This document shows positions 62,811 through 64,000 of a DNA stretch of 64,000 nucleotides, one piece after another. Positions within the stretch are counted from its first letter, which is position 1; the number at the start of each line of letters is the position of its first letter. The DNA is from Narcine bancroftii (taxonomy: Eukaryota), in contig NC_091472.1 of NCBI RefSeq assembly GCF_036971445.1, forward strand, positions 220,968,001 to 221,032,000, in the 5' to 3' direction. Under the pieces are notes generated by a model that made no database searches, was not told the origin of the DNA, and was given only the letters and a program-made list of their open reading frames with translations. The position numbers were made by a program, and so were the translations under genes.

Positions 62811-64000
62811 CCTATAACCTGTGAATTGTCAATGAAGCAAAAAGTCACCCAGCATCACTGTGCCTCACACATGGTGTCCCTGGCTGGCCACCTTGCCAGA
62901 CACAGCCCTGATCCATGAAATGGTGCCTACAGAGAGCAATAACTCTGGGACCACTCACAGGAAGTGGGAAGTTCAGTGGAAGAGGCAGAGTTTCGAGGAG
63001 GACACTCTAGGCAATAGGCTCTTGCCAAAATTTACTATATTTCAGATGGCGGTACAAAAGGCCCTGAACGTTCACAGGTATGAGCTGCTACTTGTACCTT
63101 GTCAAAACATCTCCAGAATAGATAGGATGCAAGCCGACTTCTGGCAAGGGGATGGACATCTCTCCAGTTACCAGTACATCCCTCAAACCACCCCCTCCCA
63201 AGGAGCCACACATTGTCCCAAAGAGCCAACCCATCCTCAGCCAGGTTCAAGCAGTTCCTTGCGCGACCTGGAAAACTCAGCCAGGCACTATCACTGTCCT
63301 AAGCTGTTCAACGGCCTGAAGCCTCTGCACAGATTCTCTCCGGATCTGTCTGGTGCTTTGTCCTGGGACATCATGAAGGGAGTGCCAAGGGACGCTGGAG
63401 ATGATGATGATGATTCATGAGACAGTCAAAGTGAAGCATGATGAAAGGGGGAATGGGTAGGTGGGAGGAAGGATGAAACAGGCCATGGGGCAGCCTGAGC
63501 TTGGGCCTATGGAGCCTCCCAGTACAGGCTGCACCAGTCAGCTTTCTGGTCCAGACTGAGCTGCGAAAATACACATACCAGAACTTACCCCGTGATGTCA
63601 GCCACTGGACCAGAAAACGTGGTATGAGTGAATGGGGCTCTGGAGTGGCCACAATCTTAATGAGAGCACAGTCCTCACCATGAGGCAGCAGGGATTGTCC
63701 CTATTACAGCTCCTCTCCCATGCAAAACCAGAAGGCAGCTCAGACACTAACCATTGTCTGACATCAGGTGGGGGGGGGGGGGAGATGTGGGAGAGGAGCT
63801 GTGACAGCGCCAGTCCCTGGAGTACAAGGGTGAGGACAATCCTTGCACATGGTCCGTCTCTCCCCAACCCCTGGCGGATGCAAACCCTCACTGTCCAGCC
63901 TCCCTCTGCTGCAGCAGGCTTGCCCATGCTACCTGGGGCTGCTTACACGTGAAGCAAGTAACAGGGGCAAGATGTTTGGAGCAGAAAGGGATTGACAGTA

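Overview
Vertebrate genomic DNA, almost certainly from a cartilaginous fish (a ray or shark, inferred from the tRNA-derived V-SINE/HE1-like SINEs, CR1 LINEs, Penelope elements and AT-rich L1s). I can support one host gene: a four-exon, + strand CD28/CTLA-4-family costimulatory receptor. Its exons are 5654-5696, 19491-19862, 21802-21902 and 27489-27554. They splice in frame to 193 aa: signal peptide, IgV domain with four Cys and a variant ligand loop MSPLPY, a stalk Cys, a TM helix with YxxxxT, and a short tail with YVNM. A compact ETS:RUNX/E-box/TATA promoter precedes it. The rest is transposon debris. The notable structures are a 990-bp TG...CA element with about 300-bp inverted arms and a 5-bp TSD in intron 3, a 56-bp minisatellite downstream of the stop codon, a 20.5-kb nested LTR/LINE/hAT pile, a full-length decayed L1 with a TSD, and a young, intact RTE (AviRTE-like) fragment. 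All calls were read by eye and no database search was run. I found no wholly new multi-gene system.
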